Shown piece after piece: positions 39,571 to 49,428 of a stretch of 64,000 nt of DNA. Made by a program: the position numbers and the translations under genes. Each line of letters opens with the position of its first letter. Positions within the stretch are counted from its first letter, which is position 1. The DNA lies in NCBI GenBank assembly GCA_040752415.1, contig JBFMGU010000012.1, positions 1-64,000 of the forward strand, written 5' to 3'. Below the pieces are notes generated by a model. It made no database searches. It was not told the DNA's origin and saw only the letters and a list, made by a program, of their open reading frames with translations. This stretch comes from Myxococcota bacterium. GTDB taxonomy: Bacteria; Myxococcota; JACRCW01.

Positions 39571-40689
39571 TCAGGGCATGGCGCCGGTGCCGTGCCAGTG
39601 GCTCACGCCGTTGGGCTCCTCACCCACCGGGATGGTCCGCACCACGCTGCGAGATTGCGTGTCCACCACGGAAACGCTGTTGTCATGGATGTTCGTCACG
39701 TAGGCCTTGGTCCCGTCGTCGCTGACCACCACGCCGTGCGCACCGCTGCCAACCTCGATGGTGGCCGCAACGGTGGCCTCCTCCACGTTGACCTCATAGA
39801 GGCGGTTGGAGGCCGGGCGGTCGAGCAGCAGTCCCTGGTCGCACACGTACAGCCGCGTGCTGTCCGGCGTGGGATAGAGCTGGATGGGCCCCTGCGACCC
39901 TGCCGGCAAGGCAATACGGGTCACCGCGCGCGTCGTGGTGTGGAGGCGCACCACCTCCAGGGTGTCGTAGAGCGAGACGAACACGTACCGCCCGTCCGGC
40001 GTGCACGCGGTCTGCACCGCCATGCCGCCCAGCGGCACTTCATCCACGGTGCCACCCGCGGGATCGACAATGGAGATGCTCTTGCCCGTGATGTTGGCAA
40101 CGTAGAGGAGCCCGCCACATTCGCGCATCCCGTGGGGCTGTCGGTCCGCACCCAACTCGAAACGTCGCACCACCTGGCGCGTGCCCACGTCGACCTGCAG
40201 CACCTGGTTGGCTTCGTTGGCGGTGACGTACGCATGGCGGGATGCGGAGTCGATGATCACGTGGGCCACGTGCAGCTCGCGCCCCAGGTTGACCCGACCG
40301 ACGACGGTGTCCGTGGTGGGGTCGATGATGATGGCCTGCTCGTCCATCTCCGCGGTGTGCCCATGCTGATCGGGCTCGGCGCGTGGTGGGGCCGTGACCC
40401 AGACAGAGCGGCCGTCCGGCGCGCCCTGCACGTTGTGGGGCGTGAACGCCACGCCGTTGTCCGTCAGGTCAATCACCGTCAGGACCGTTCCCGTGTGCTC
40501 GTCCAGGACGGAGATGGAGCCCTGCGCCTCATTGGCCACGTAGACCTTGGCCACATGGGTTGAACCGCCCGAGCTCGTGGAGCCGTTGCTGTTGTTTCCC
40601 GACGGGGAACCGCCGCCAAACCCTGCTCCCGCACCACAACCAGCAACCCATCCCAGGATTCCCATCGCCACCAGACCGCGTGCTTGCAT
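39571..40689 (-). CDS. YVTN/YncE beta-propeller lipoprotein
   Basis: Lipobox VAGC; repeated YV.N..S.SV.D and PHG/PHN motifs. Confidence 0.85.
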   Translation of the reverse strand: MQARGLVAMGILGWVAGCGAGAGFGGGSPSGNNSNGSTSSGGSTHVAKVYVANEAQGSISVLDEHTGTVLTVIDLTDNGVAFTPHNVQGAPDGRSVWVTAPPRAEPDQHGHTAEMDEQAIIIDPTTDTVVGRVNLGRELHVAHVIIDSASRHAYVTANEANQVLQVDVGTRQVVRRFELGADRQPHGMRECGGLLYVANITGKSISIVDPAGGTVDEVPLGGMAVQTACTPDGRYVFVSLYDTLEVVRLHTTTRAVTRIALPAGSQGPIQLYPTPDSTRLYVCDQGLLLDRPASNRLYEVNVEEATVAATIEVGSGAHGVVVSDDGTKAYVTNIHDNSVSVVDTQSRSVVRTIPVGEEPNGVSHWHGTGAMP

Positions 40690-40734
40690 CTCCTCACTCC
40701 TTCCACGGCGCCACGCCGCGTTCCGCGCGCCACC

Positions 40735-40750
40735 TGCGAACCTCGGGCCA
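40735..40750 (-). promoter_or_regulatory. Putative sigma54 promoter of the YVTN gene
   Basis: TGGCCCGAGGTTCGCA. Confidence 0.5.
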
Positions 40751-40889
40751 GAGGAGCCCCGGCACGAACGCAACGTGTGCATCCGCACGCCGGGCCGCCC
40801 GCACCGTCGCGCGAGAAACCATCACGCAATCCGCGCGCGCCTTCGCGCAATGTCGTCGCGGTTTCTCGTGCACCCCGCGCCACGACGGG

Positions 40890-40925
40890 TGGCGAGTATT
40901 CATCACTGTTGAGGACTATTCTCCG
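40890..40925. promoter_or_regulatory. Paired palindromic operator/enhancer sites
   Basis: TGGCGAGTATTCATCA and TGAGGACTATTCTCCG, each 12/16 to TGGAGAATATTCTCCA. Confidence 0.6.
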
Positions 40926-41025
40926 CGCCATCTCCGGCGGGGCCATGCGCGCCACGGGGGCGTTTGCGGTGTGCCCCCAACCGTCGACGAGGCTTGCAGC
41001 AGTTCTCAGAAAGTGCCCAGGAGGC

Positions 41026-41378
41026 GCTGGGGTGAGGCGTTGGTGGCGCAAGAGGGAGTGCAGATTCGGCCCCCCCACCCCGCCGCCTCACTGCGTTCAC
41101 CGTTTTCACGACGACGGCGGCGGGCCTCCCCCACGGCGTGGGGAGGCGTAGATGTGCCGCGCCGCTGTTATTGCTCTGCCCATTGCGCGGCACGAGAACA
41201 ATGAGGCCTTGTGCCGCGATTTGGCGGAATGAACGCACTGGTCGCGGCACATCTACGCCGCCCCACGCCGTGGGGGAGGTCCGCCGCCGTCGTCATGAAA
41301 GCGGTGAACGCAGTGAGGCGGCGGGGTGGGGGGGCCGAATCTGCACTCCCTCTTGCGCCACCAACGCCTCACCCCAGC
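41026..41378. repeat. Long inverted repeat (~136-bp arms 41026-41161 / 41243-41378)
   Basis: Arms are near-perfect reverse complements; the ~81-bp spacer has its own hairpin. Confidence 0.92.
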
Positions 41379-41505
41379 TCATCTCATGGGGCCAAGAGCG
41401 TCGCTTCAATGAGCCGCGCCAACCTGACCGGGGACCGCAGCAACGCATGGGACCCCGTTGTGCGCGGCCTTCCTGCCGGAAGTCGACGCAGCGCACACGC
41501 AGCGC

Positions 41506-42882
41506 TCACGGTGCCGCAACCACAACTTCACCCATCATCCCGTTCTCGGCGTGTTGGAGGATATGACAGTGGTACATCCACCGGCCTGCCTCGCCGTCGA
41601 AAGGGATCAACAGCTGCACGGTGCGGCCCGCCGGGACATTGACGGTGTCCTTCCAGGCCCGCAGCCCGTCGACACCGCCCACCACCTGGAAACGGAAGCC
41701 GTGGAGGTGGAACGGGTGGTCCATGAAGGTGTCGTTGACCACGTCCCATTGCTGCAGCACGCCCACCCGCGCCTGCAGGGGCGTGATGTCCGGGTATACC
41801 TCGTCGTTGATGCGGAAGGTGCCGCCCATGCCGTGGCCCATGTCCTCGGTGAGCCGAAGGCGCTGCACCACGGACGGCGTACCGGGGTCCTCAACCACGT
41901 CGAGCTGCTGCGGCACCGCGGGAGGGTTCACCGGCGGAGCAAGGCTGTAGTGGACACGCATGAGAGGAAGGTCAACGCGCTCCATGTTCATGTGGCCCTG
42001 GTTGTAGGGCCGCGCCACCAGCTCGAACTGCTGCCCGGGCAGCGCATCCGCGGCCACCACCACGTCCAGCCTCTCCCCAGGGACCAGCAGCATCTCCTCC
42101 CGCTCCTGCGGCGTCTCCAGGAAACCAGAGTCCAATCCCAGCACGGTGAAGGGATGCTCCGGCAGCGTGAGGCGGAAATAGCGTGCATTCGCAACGTTGA
42201 TGATGCGCCAACGCTCGCGCTCGCCGGCACGCACCTCCGCAATGGGACGCGCCCTGCCGTTGACCAGCATGAGGTTCCCCACCTGCTCGCCCATGCCCAT
42301 TCCACCCATGCCCATCCCAAGGCCCGACGAGGTGCGGATGTCGTCGAGCATGAGGATGCGTTCCCGGGTCAGTGTGGGCTCCTGGGGCCCGCGCACGACG
42401 ATGGGGCCGTACAGGCCGCGTTCCACCTGCACATCGGAGCGCACGTGCGGGTGGTACCAATACGTCCCCGCATCCTTCACCGTGAACCGGTAATCAAACG
42501 TGCCTCCCGGTGGAACAGGCGTCTGCATCGTCGGCACGCCATCCATCTCGGCGGAGACGCGCAATCCGTGCCAATGGATCGTGGTTTCTTCCGGCAGGTT
42601 GTTCCGGAAGTGGACCACCACCTCGTCCCCGACGTTGGCTTCCAGGGCTGGGCCGGGCACCGTGCCGTTGTACGTCCAGGCTTCCGTCGGCTGACCGGGA
42701 AGGTATTCCAGCGTGGCAACCCGCGCTTCCAGCTCCACCTCGACGACGCCGGGTTCCGGATTCAAGTCGTCCAACCGCTTCACGTCGAAGTCACCCGGAG
42801 AAGGCGGCGGTGTGAACACGCTTCCGCCCATCCCGCACGCTGCTCCCAGCAACCCGAGACCCAACACAACAACGTGGCGCAT
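41506..42882 (-). CDS. Multicopper oxidase lipoprotein
   Basis: HWHG, WYHPH, HPFHLHG, HCHILQHAENGMM; lipobox GAAC. Confidence 0.95.
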   Translation of the reverse strand: MRHVVVLGLGLLGAACGMGGSVFTPPPSPGDFDVKRLDDLNPEPGVVEVELEARVATLEYLPGQPTEAWTYNGTVPGPALEANVGDEVVVHFRNNLPEETTIHWHGLRVSAEMDGVPTMQTPVPPGGTFDYRFTVKDAGTYWYHPHVRSDVQVERGLYGPIVVRGPQEPTLTRERILMLDDIRTSSGLGMGMGGMGMGEQVGNLMLVNGRARPIAEVRAGERERWRIINVANARYFRLTLPEHPFTVLGLDSGFLETPQEREEMLLVPGERLDVVVAADALPGQQFELVARPYNQGHMNMERVDLPLMRVHYSLAPPVNPPAVPQQLDVVEDPGTPSVVQRLRLTEDMGHGMGGTFRINDEVYPDITPLQARVGVLQQWDVVNDTFMDHPFHLHGFRFQVVGGVDGLRAWKDTVNVPAGRTVQLLIPFDGEAGRWMYHCHILQHAENGMMGEVVVAAP

Positions 42883-42907
42883 GGTTTTCTCCTCCGCCGC
42901 ACGGCGC

Positions 42908-42923
42908 AGCAACGCGCATGCCA
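42908..42923 (-). promoter_or_regulatory. Sigma54 promoter of the multicopper oxidase
   Basis: TGGCATGCGCGTTGCT. Confidence 0.7.
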
Positions 42924-42932
42924 CGGTGGGCC

Positions 42933-45302
42933 TCATGACAACCGCGTCCGTTGCAGGCGCAGCGCATTTCCCACGACGGAGACGGAGCTGAGGCTCATGG
43001 CCGCGGCGGCGATCATGGGACTGAGCAACAACCCGAAGAAGGGATAGAGCACGCCCGCCGCCACCGGGACGCCCAGCGTGTTGTAGATGAACGCGAGGAA
43101 GAGGTTCTCGCGAATGTTGCGCATGGTGGCGCGGCTGAGCCGACGGGCGCGCACGATCCCCAGCAGGTCGCCCTTCACCAACGTCACCCCGGCGCTTTCC
43201 ATGGCCACGTCCGTCCCGGTACCCATGGCAATTCCCACGTCGGCGGCGGCGAGCGCGGGAGCGTCGTTGATGCCATCGCCGGCCATGGCCACCACGCGGC
43301 CCTCCGCCCGGAGCTGGCGGATGACCTCACCTTTCCCGTCGGGAAGGACCTCCGCCTCCACACGCTCGATCTCCAGGCGGGCCGCCACCGCTCGCGCGGT
43401 GCGTGTGTTGTCGCCGGTCAGCATCACCACCTCGATGCCCTCGCGCTCCAGCGCCTGGATGGCTTCCGGCGTCGTCGCCTTGATCGGGTCGGCCACGCCC
43501 ACCAGCCCGGCGGGCTGCCCATCCACCGCCACCAGCATCACGGTCTGGCCTTCACCACGGAGCGTGTCCGCGCGCGCCTCCAGGTCGGTGAACGGAATGC
43601 CCAGCTCCTCCATCAGGCGTGCATTCCCCAGGGCCACCTGGCGCCCGTCGACTTCACCGGTCACGCCCCTGCCCGTGAGCGAGCGGAACGCGCGCGTCTC
43701 CGTGACCGCCACCCCACGCTCCCTGGCCCCGCCAACAATCGCACTGGCCAGCGGGTGCTCACTGCCGCGCTCCAGGCTGGCCACCAGGCGCAACAGCGTC
43801 CGCTCGTCCAGGTTGCCGGCGGGCACCACCGAGGTCAGCGCCGGCCGCCCCTCCGTGAGCGTCCCGGTCTTGTCGATGACCAGCGTGTCGACGCGCTCCA
43901 TCACCTCCAGCGCCTCGGCATTCTTGATGAGGACACCGGCGGTGGCTCCGCGACCGGTTCCCACCATGATGCTCAACGGCGTGGCGAGGCCCAGCGCACA
44001 CGGACACGCGATCACCAGCACCGCCACGGCATTGACGATGGCGTACGCGAGCGCGGGCTCCGGCCCCAGCAGCCACCACACCCCGAACGTCACGACGGAA
44101 ACCAGGACCACGGCGGGCACGAACCAGGACGAGACCACGTCGGCGAGGCGCTGGATGGGCGCGCGGCTGCGTTGCGCTTCTCCCACCATCTTCACGATCT
44201 GCGCCAGCAGCGTGTCCGCGCCAACCCGCTCCGCGAGCATGACCAACGAGCCGGTGCCATTGATGGTGGCGCCAGTGACCTTGTCGCCGGGTCCCTTCTC
44301 GACGGGGACGGGCTCGCCGGTGACCATGGACTCATCCACGCTGGAGGTGCCTTCCAACACCACGCCGTCGACCGGCACCTTCTCGCCCGGTCGCACGCGC
44401 AGGCGGTGGCCCACGGCCACGTCGGCGAGAGGGAGGTCTCCCTCGGTGCCGTCGTCACGGAGCACGCGCGCGGTCTTGGGGACCATGCCCAGCAACGCCT
44501 TGATGGCGCCGCTGGTCCGACTGCGCGCACGCAGCTCCAGGATCTGCCCGAGAAGCACGAGGATGGTGATGACCGCCGCGGCCTCGAAGTAGACATCGAC
44601 CTCGCCGTGGCGACGCGCGGATGGCGGGATGATGGAGGGGAGGAGCGTGGCCACCAGGCTGTACAGGTACGCCACGCCGGTGCCCATCCCGATCAACGTG
44701 AACATGTTGAGGCTGCGGTTCACGACGGAGAACCAGGCACGGTGGAAGAACGGCCAGCCGCTCCAGAGCACCACCGGCGTGGCCAGGACAAGCTGCACCC
44801 AGTTCCGCGCGCCCGCGGGCAACCGGGGCGCACGCGGGAACATCTCCGCCATGGCCATGAGCACCAGCGGCACGGTCAACGCCACCCCGACCTTGAAGCG
44901 CCGCGTGAAGTCCACCAGCTCCGGGCTGGGACCCTCCTCCGTCGCCATGCGCGGCTCCAGGGCCATGCCGCATTTCGGACAGGTTCCCGGTCCCGGCCGC
45001 ACCACCTCCGGGTGCATGGGACAGGTGTACTCCGCCGACGTGACGGGAGGAGGAACCTCCGCCGTCGTCGACGGTGGCGTGGGCTCAGCGGGACCGTCGT
45101 ACCTCGCCGGGTCCCGAAGGTATTCCTGCGCGCAGTGCTCGGAGCAGAAGAATCGCTCCCCACCTCCCGCCGCAGCACCCGCGACCTTCACCGCCGCGGC
45201 GGGATCCACGTCCATGCCGCACACGGGGTCACGTTCGGTCCTCGGTGGCGTCGGAGCGCGCCGCTGCGGGTGTTGATGACGATGATGTGGCGAAGGTTCC
45301 AT
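42933..45302 (-). CDS. copA: Cu(I)/Ag(I)-transporting P1B ATPase with YHS and CPMHP domains
   Basis: DPVCGM...[42 protein letters not shown] and MSLSS. Confidence 0.95.
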   Translation of the reverse strand: MEPSPHHRHQHPQRRAPTPPRTERDPVCGMDVDPAAAVKVAGAAAGGGERFFCSEHCAQEYLRDPARYDGPAEPTPPSTTAEVPPPVTSAEYTCPMHPEVVRPGPGTCPKCGMALEPRMATEEGPSPELVDFTRRFKVGVALTVPLVLMAMAEMFPRAPRLPAGARNWVQLVLATPVVLWSGWPFFHRAWFSVVNRSLNMFTLIGMGTGVAYLYSLVATLLPSIIPPSARRHGEVDVYFEAAAVITILVLLGQILELRARSRTSGAIKALLGMVPKTARVLRDDGTEGDLPLADVAVGHRLRVRPGEKVPVDGVVLEGTSSVDESMVTGEPVPVEKGPGDKVTGATINGTGSLVMLAERVGADTLLAQIVKMVGEAQRSRAPIQRLADVVSSWFVPAVVLVSVVTFGVWWLLGPEPALAYAIVNAVAVLVIACPCALGLATPLSIMVGTGRGATAGVLIKNAEALEVMERVDTLVIDKTGTLTEGRPALTSVVPAGNLDERTLLRLVASLERGSEHPLASAIVGGARERGVAVTETRAFRSLTGRGVTGEVDGRQVALGNARLMEELGIPFTDLEARADTLRGEGQTVMLVAVDGQPAGLVGVADPIKATTPEAIQALEREGIEVVMLTGDNTRTARAVAARLEIERVEAEVLPDGKGEVIRQLRAEGRVVAMAGDGINDAPALAAADVGIAMGTGTDVAMESAGVTLVKGDLLGIVRARRLSRATMRNIRENLFLAFIYNTLGVPVAAGVLYPFFGLLLSPMIAAAAMSLSSVSVVGNALRLQRTRLS

Positions 45303-45385
45303 GGATGCTGCTCCTGGAGTGGAGGTCACGTCCTGGGCCGCGCTTGCGTGCAAGCAGGTGCGGTGACCTGCCTGGGTTTCCCGAC

Positions 45386-45544
45386 TCAAGACCCTGGGCG
45401 CCACCCTCCCTCGCTCCGCTTGTCCACGTGGCGACAAGAGTGCGGGCTCACCCATTCGATCACGGCGGTCTTGTCCGCGCCCGGGCCGCCGGTTGGCACG
45501 ACGCGATTGAGCGGATGCGCCCGGTCACCACGACGGGAAACCAT
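45386..45544 (-). pseudogene. Remnant of a P-loop (AAA_28-like) ATPase
   Basis: [17 protein letters not shown] resembles V.TGGPGAGKT..E with a damaged Walker A; terminates after ~50 aa. Confidence 0.5.
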
Positions 45545-45556
45545 GGCGCCTGTTGC

Positions 45557-45572
45557 TGCATTGCACATGCCA
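45557..45572 (-). promoter_or_regulatory. Sigma54 promoter upstream of the ATPase remnant and copA
   Basis: TGGCATGTGCAATGCA. Confidence 0.65.
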
Positions 45573-45607
45573 CGGAAGTGGCGGTGGAACCGGACCCGAA
45601 GCGGGGG

Positions 45608-47011
45608 CTATTCCACGCGAAGCTCACCCATCATCCCGGCTTCCGCGTGCTCGAGGATGTGGCAGTGGTACATCCACGACCCTGGCTCATCCAGGCGGGA
45701 CACGAGGTGGAGCGTGCTCTCGGCGGGGACGATGATGGTGTCCTTGTTGGCGCGCCGCTCCGGCGGGATGGCCACGCCGTTGGAGGCGAGAACCTGGAAG
45801 AAGAACCCGTGCAGGTGGAACGGATGGTCCATCTCACTGGTGTTGCGCACATCAAACGCCGCCACCGTGCCGTTGACGACGGAGATGGCGGGGACGTCCG
45901 GGTAGGTCTCGCCATTGACGGTGAAGATGGTCTGACCGTCGCGGATGCCCTCGTCGAGCGTGATGGTGAACGCGTTCTCTCCATCCGGCAGCAGCTCGAC
46001 GGTGTTCTGCACCGCGGGCAGCACGCGCCCGGACAACGCGGTCCCGTCCTGCACCTGGAATCTCGCCACCTCCAGCGCGCCGTGGGCCGACGTGCCGTGT
46101 CCGCGCTCATAGGGATCACTCACCACGGGCAACTCCATGCCCACCGTCGTCGGCGCAACGAACACGAGGTCGGCGCGCTCCCCGGGGCTGAGCAGCACGT
46201 GCTCGGCATCCAGGGACTCGGGCAACAGGCCGCCGTCGCCACCAATCACGCGCCAGGAGAGGCCATCCAGCCGCAGGTTGAAGAACCTTCCATTGGCCAC
46301 GTTGACCACGCGCAGCCGCACCAGCGCGCCCGGGGTCAACGCAATGAGTGGTGAAACCACGCCATTGACCAGCAGCGTGTTCCCTTCCCGGCCCAGCATC
46401 AGGCCATTGTCGTCGAGGTATTCGTTCAGCGTTCCGTCGGGGCGCAGGCGGATGTCATCCAGCATCAGGATGAGCTCCTGGTCCACCGTCGGCTCGTCGG
46501 GGCCGCGGACGCGGATGGCTCCGTACAGTCCCTTCTGCACCTGGATGTCCGAGCGCATGTGCGGGTGGTACCAGAACAGCCCCGCGTCCCTCGCCACGAA
46601 GTCGTACGTGAAGGTTCCCCCGGACGGGATGGGGCTCTGCATCGCCAGGGTGCCATCCATCGTCGCGGGGACGCGGACGCCGTGCCAGTGGATGGTGGTC
46701 TCCTCCGGCAGGTGGTTGGTGAAGTGGATGATCAGCCGGTCGCCCACGGCGACGTCGAGGAGCGGCCCCGGGACCGAGCCGTTGTAGGCCCAGACGTTGG
46801 TGGCCGGCGCATCTCCGTACTGCTTGGTGGCCTCCCCAGCCTCGAGCTCGATCTCCAGGATCCTGGGATCGGCGTTGCGGTCGGGGGCGGAGGGAAGCGT
46901 CATGTCGACGGGCTGGCGTGGCGGCGGTGGCGGCGGAGGACCATTCGTCCCCGTCGTGCACGCGCCAGGTCCCAGCATCAGCAGCAGCAACCAGCGGACG
47001 CGCATGGACAT
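45608..47011 (-). CDS. Second multicopper oxidase lipoprotein
   Basis: HWHG, WYHPH, HPFHLHG, HCHILEHAEAGMM; lipobox PGAC. Confidence 0.95.
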   Translation of the reverse strand: MSMRVRWLLLLMLGPGACTTGTNGPPPPPPPRQPVDMTLPSAPDRNADPRILEIELEAGEATKQYGDAPATNVWAYNGSVPGPLLDVAVGDRLIIHFTNHLPEETTIHWHGVRVPATMDGTLAMQSPIPSGGTFTYDFVARDAGLFWYHPHMRSDIQVQKGLYGAIRVRGPDEPTVDQELILMLDDIRLRPDGTLNEYLDDNGLMLGREGNTLLVNGVVSPLIALTPGALVRLRVVNVANGRFFNLRLDGLSWRVIGGDGGLLPESLDAEHVLLSPGERADLVFVAPTTVGMELPVVSDPYERGHGTSAHGALEVARFQVQDGTALSGRVLPAVQNTVELLPDGENAFTITLDEGIRDGQTIFTVNGETYPDVPAISVVNGTVAAFDVRNTSEMDHPFHLHGFFFQVLASNGVAIPPERRANKDTIIVPAESTLHLVSRLDEPGSWMYHCHILEHAEAGMMGELRVE

Positions 47012-47012
47012 C

Positions 47013-47402
47013 TCACCGCACCGGGTTGGCGGACATCTCGTTGGAGTAGGGCGAGTAGTCGCTGCCCATCTTGCAGCGCAGACGATAGGTGTAGGTGGTG
47101 TCCGCGGTGGCCGTGCCGTCCATCTTGTTGTCGACGTCACCCGGTACGCTGAAGGCGGCCGTGAAGTCGGCGCCGTCCTGCTTGCGCTCGCCCTCGACGG
47201 CGTCACAGCCGGTGGTGTTGTTGGTCCACTGCACGTGGAGCGCGCCGCCCATCTTGGCAATGCTGGTGATGGTGGGTGCGTCCATCTGGTGCCCGCCGCC
47301 GCTGGTGTTGGTGTGCGAAGAGCCGTCCGAGCCCTCCATCCCGCATGCGGCCAACGCCGCGGTCAGCACGACTGCAATTCCGACGAGAGTGGACTTCTTC
47401 AT
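47013..47402 (-). CDS. Small lipoprotein with FN3-like fold
   Basis: MKK...LAAC lipobox; W...., D.TA...TTYTYRL..., S.YSNE FN3-like pattern; RBS AGGAG. Confidence 0.75.
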   Translation of the reverse strand: MKKSTLVGIAVVLTAALAACGMEGSDGSSHTNTSGGGHQMDAPTITSIAKMGGALHVQWTNNTTGCDAVEGERKQDGADFTAAFSVPGDVDNKMDGTATADTTYTYRLRCKMGSDYSPYSNEMSANPVR

Positions 47403-47523
47403 GGCAGGTTCTCCTGAGTCAGGGGACGCCCGCCGGGAAGCGCCCATCCCCGCCAGGCTTCGACGCTGGCGCGGCCGGGTCACCTTGGCAGGCCTCCGCA
47501 TTACGCGCAGACGCAGCGCGAAA

Positions 47524-47539
47524 AGCAAGCGCGGTGCCA
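47524..47539 (-). promoter_or_regulatory. Sigma54 promoter of the lipoprotein-MCO-copA unit
   Basis: TGGCACCGCGCTTGCT, a consensus match. Confidence 0.8.
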
Positions 47540-47590
47540 CCGCCCGGCCGCACGGAGAGGGCCATCCGGTCGACACTTGTCGACACCGAT

Positions 47591-47606
47591 TGAAGACTAT
47601 TCTCTA
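47591..47606. promoter_or_regulatory. Palindromic operator/enhancer site
   Basis: TGAAGACTATTCTCTA, 13/16 to the consensus palindrome. Confidence 0.6.
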
Positions 47607-47680
47607 TGGGCGCGGCTCTTTTGGGACGACGCCCTGGGCTCCCTGCCAATCTCATTGGGTGCGGTTCTTTTGAAACGACG
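47607..47680. repeat. Dispersed copy of the tnpA-flanking repeat
   Basis: 47607-47650 matches 5485-5528 at 43/44 nt, followed by a degenerate second unit. Confidence 0.9.
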
Positions 47681-47707
47681 CTTCGCCGCAGGCGTAAGCA
47701 CATCCGC

Positions 47708-48080
47708 AGGTGGCCGGCAATGGTCAGCCCGGGGCCGCGCCGTCATGACGACGGAAAACGGCACGCGATGCGACCGGACCGACCGACTCAGCGCGCTGGA
47801 GAACCGGCCTGCAATGTAGGGGCTGCCCGTTGCCGGTATCGCGTGAACGGCGAAGGTGGCCGGCAATGGTCAGCCCCGGGCCGCGCTGTCATGACGACGA
47901 CGAATGCCCAGCGCCGCCATGGACGCCCCATTCAACGCGACGGAGAAGGAGCCAGCAATGTAGGGGCTGACCATTGCCGGCCACCTTCACCGTTCACGCG
48001 TTACCGGCAACGGGCAGCCCCTACATTGCAGGCCGGCCCTCCGTCGCGTTGAATCGATCGTCCGGTCGCATCGCGTGCCG
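47708..48080. repeat. REP/BIME-like cluster of GTAG-type palindromes
   Basis: GCAATGTAGGGGCTG(C/A)CC(G/A)TTGCCGG units; direct repeat 47708/47854; inverted arms ~47759-47877 / 47963-48080. Confidence 0.85.
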
Positions 48081-48260
48081 ATTGATGTCGAGCCCGTCGT
48101 CGCGGCCTGGTCGCGGCTTCCGGGTTGGTGCGGGATGAATGACACGGAAACGCCCTGAATTTATCGTCCGCGGGGTCGGCGAGGAGCATCGGCGGCGGAC
48201 GCCCGCAAACACCGGCGACACGGCGCGCAGCGGTGGCGCCGTCATCACGGGACGGGACCC

Positions 48261-49337
48261 ATGGCAAACGCATCCGAACTTTCCGAGAGCATCGACCGGA
48301 TCAACGCGGCCCTGGAGCGGGGCGCCCACGAGGAAGCGCGCCGCCTCATCACCGCGATCCTCGACGAGGATCCCACGCAGCGCGACGGGCTCTTGTGCCA
48401 CGCGGTGTTGGAGGTGCAGGAGGGAAATGGCCGCGCGGCACTCGAGGTGCTGGACCAGGCGCTGGACCACCATCCCGACGACATCAGCCTCTTGATGCTG
48501 CGCGCCGCGGTGCTGATGGACTTCTACGACGATCACGCCGAGGCGCGCCTCCTGCTCGAGGACGTGCTGGACGGGCTGCGTGGCTGGCTCCCCGCCAACG
48601 ACGACGAAGTGGCCGCGCAGAAGCACGCCAAGGCGGAGACGCTGCGCCTGCTCAGCCGCTGTCACCTGGACGCGGGCAACGCCGAGGAGGGCCTGGAGGC
48701 CGCGGAAGAGGCGCTGCGGATGGCGCCCCACGACGCGGCCGTCCTCCTCGCCGTGGCCGAGGCGAACTACGAGGCTGGGAATCTCGACGAGGCGCGCGAT
48801 CTCGCAGGTCGCAGCATGGAGCAGGCGCCCACGGCGGATGCGGATTGGCTCCTGGGTCGCGTGCATTCCGCGCTGGGCGACCACGCCGCGGCCGACGAGC
48901 TCCTCCACCGCGCCGCCGAGAAGGAGCCGGCGCGCTTCCATCACCCCACGCGCACGACGGAGGCGGCGTTCCAGCAAGCTTTGGCCCAGGCCATGGAGGC
49001 GCTGCCGTCGGCGTTGCGGGAGTACCTGAAGCGCGCACGGATCCGCGTGGCGGAGACGCCCTCGGGACAACCACGGCCTTCCGCGCGCCGGATCGGGCCG
49101 GGAGCGCTGAGCTCGTGTCCCACGCCGCTGCCTGACCTCTCGGAAGCCAGGGATCTCTTCGCGGTCGCCCCCGAGGAGATCGTGCTGTACCGGCGCAACC
49201 TGGAGATCGCCGCGGCCACGCCGGAGGCGCTGGTCGAGCTCATGGCCACCTGCCTGACCCACGAGGTGGCGCGGTTCGTGGGTCTGGACGCGGCGGGATT
49301 CGAGGAGCCCCAACCGCCGGGTGACGCCGAATCCTGA
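48261..49337 (+). CDS. TPR-repeat protein with C-terminal zincin-like domain (degenerate HExxH)
   Basis: TPR helices; I.LYRRNLE...THEVARFVGLD. Confidence 0.8.
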   Translation: MANASELSESIDRINAALERGAHEEARRLITAILDEDPTQRDGLLCHAVLEVQEGNGRAALEVLDQALDHHPDDISLLMLRAAVLMDFYDDHAEARLLLEDVLDGLRGWLPANDDEVAAQKHAKAETLRLLSRCHLDAGNAEEGLEAAEEALRMAPHDAAVLLAVAEANYEAGNLDEARDLAGRSMEQAPTADADWLLGRVHSALGDHAAADELLHRAAEKEPARFHHPTRTTEAAFQQALAQAMEALPSALREYLKRARIRVAETPSGQPRPSARRIGPGALSSCPTPLPDLSEARDLFAVAPEEIVLYRRNLEIAAATPEALVELMATCLTHEVARFVGLDAAGFEEPQPPGDAES

Positions 49338-49428
49338 GCTCCGACGGTTGGCGGATGGGTCGCACCCAATACCCGCCGCCACCCGATTCTTCCTTCACCG
49401 ACGCCTGATCCGCTCCCGGAGACCGCCC

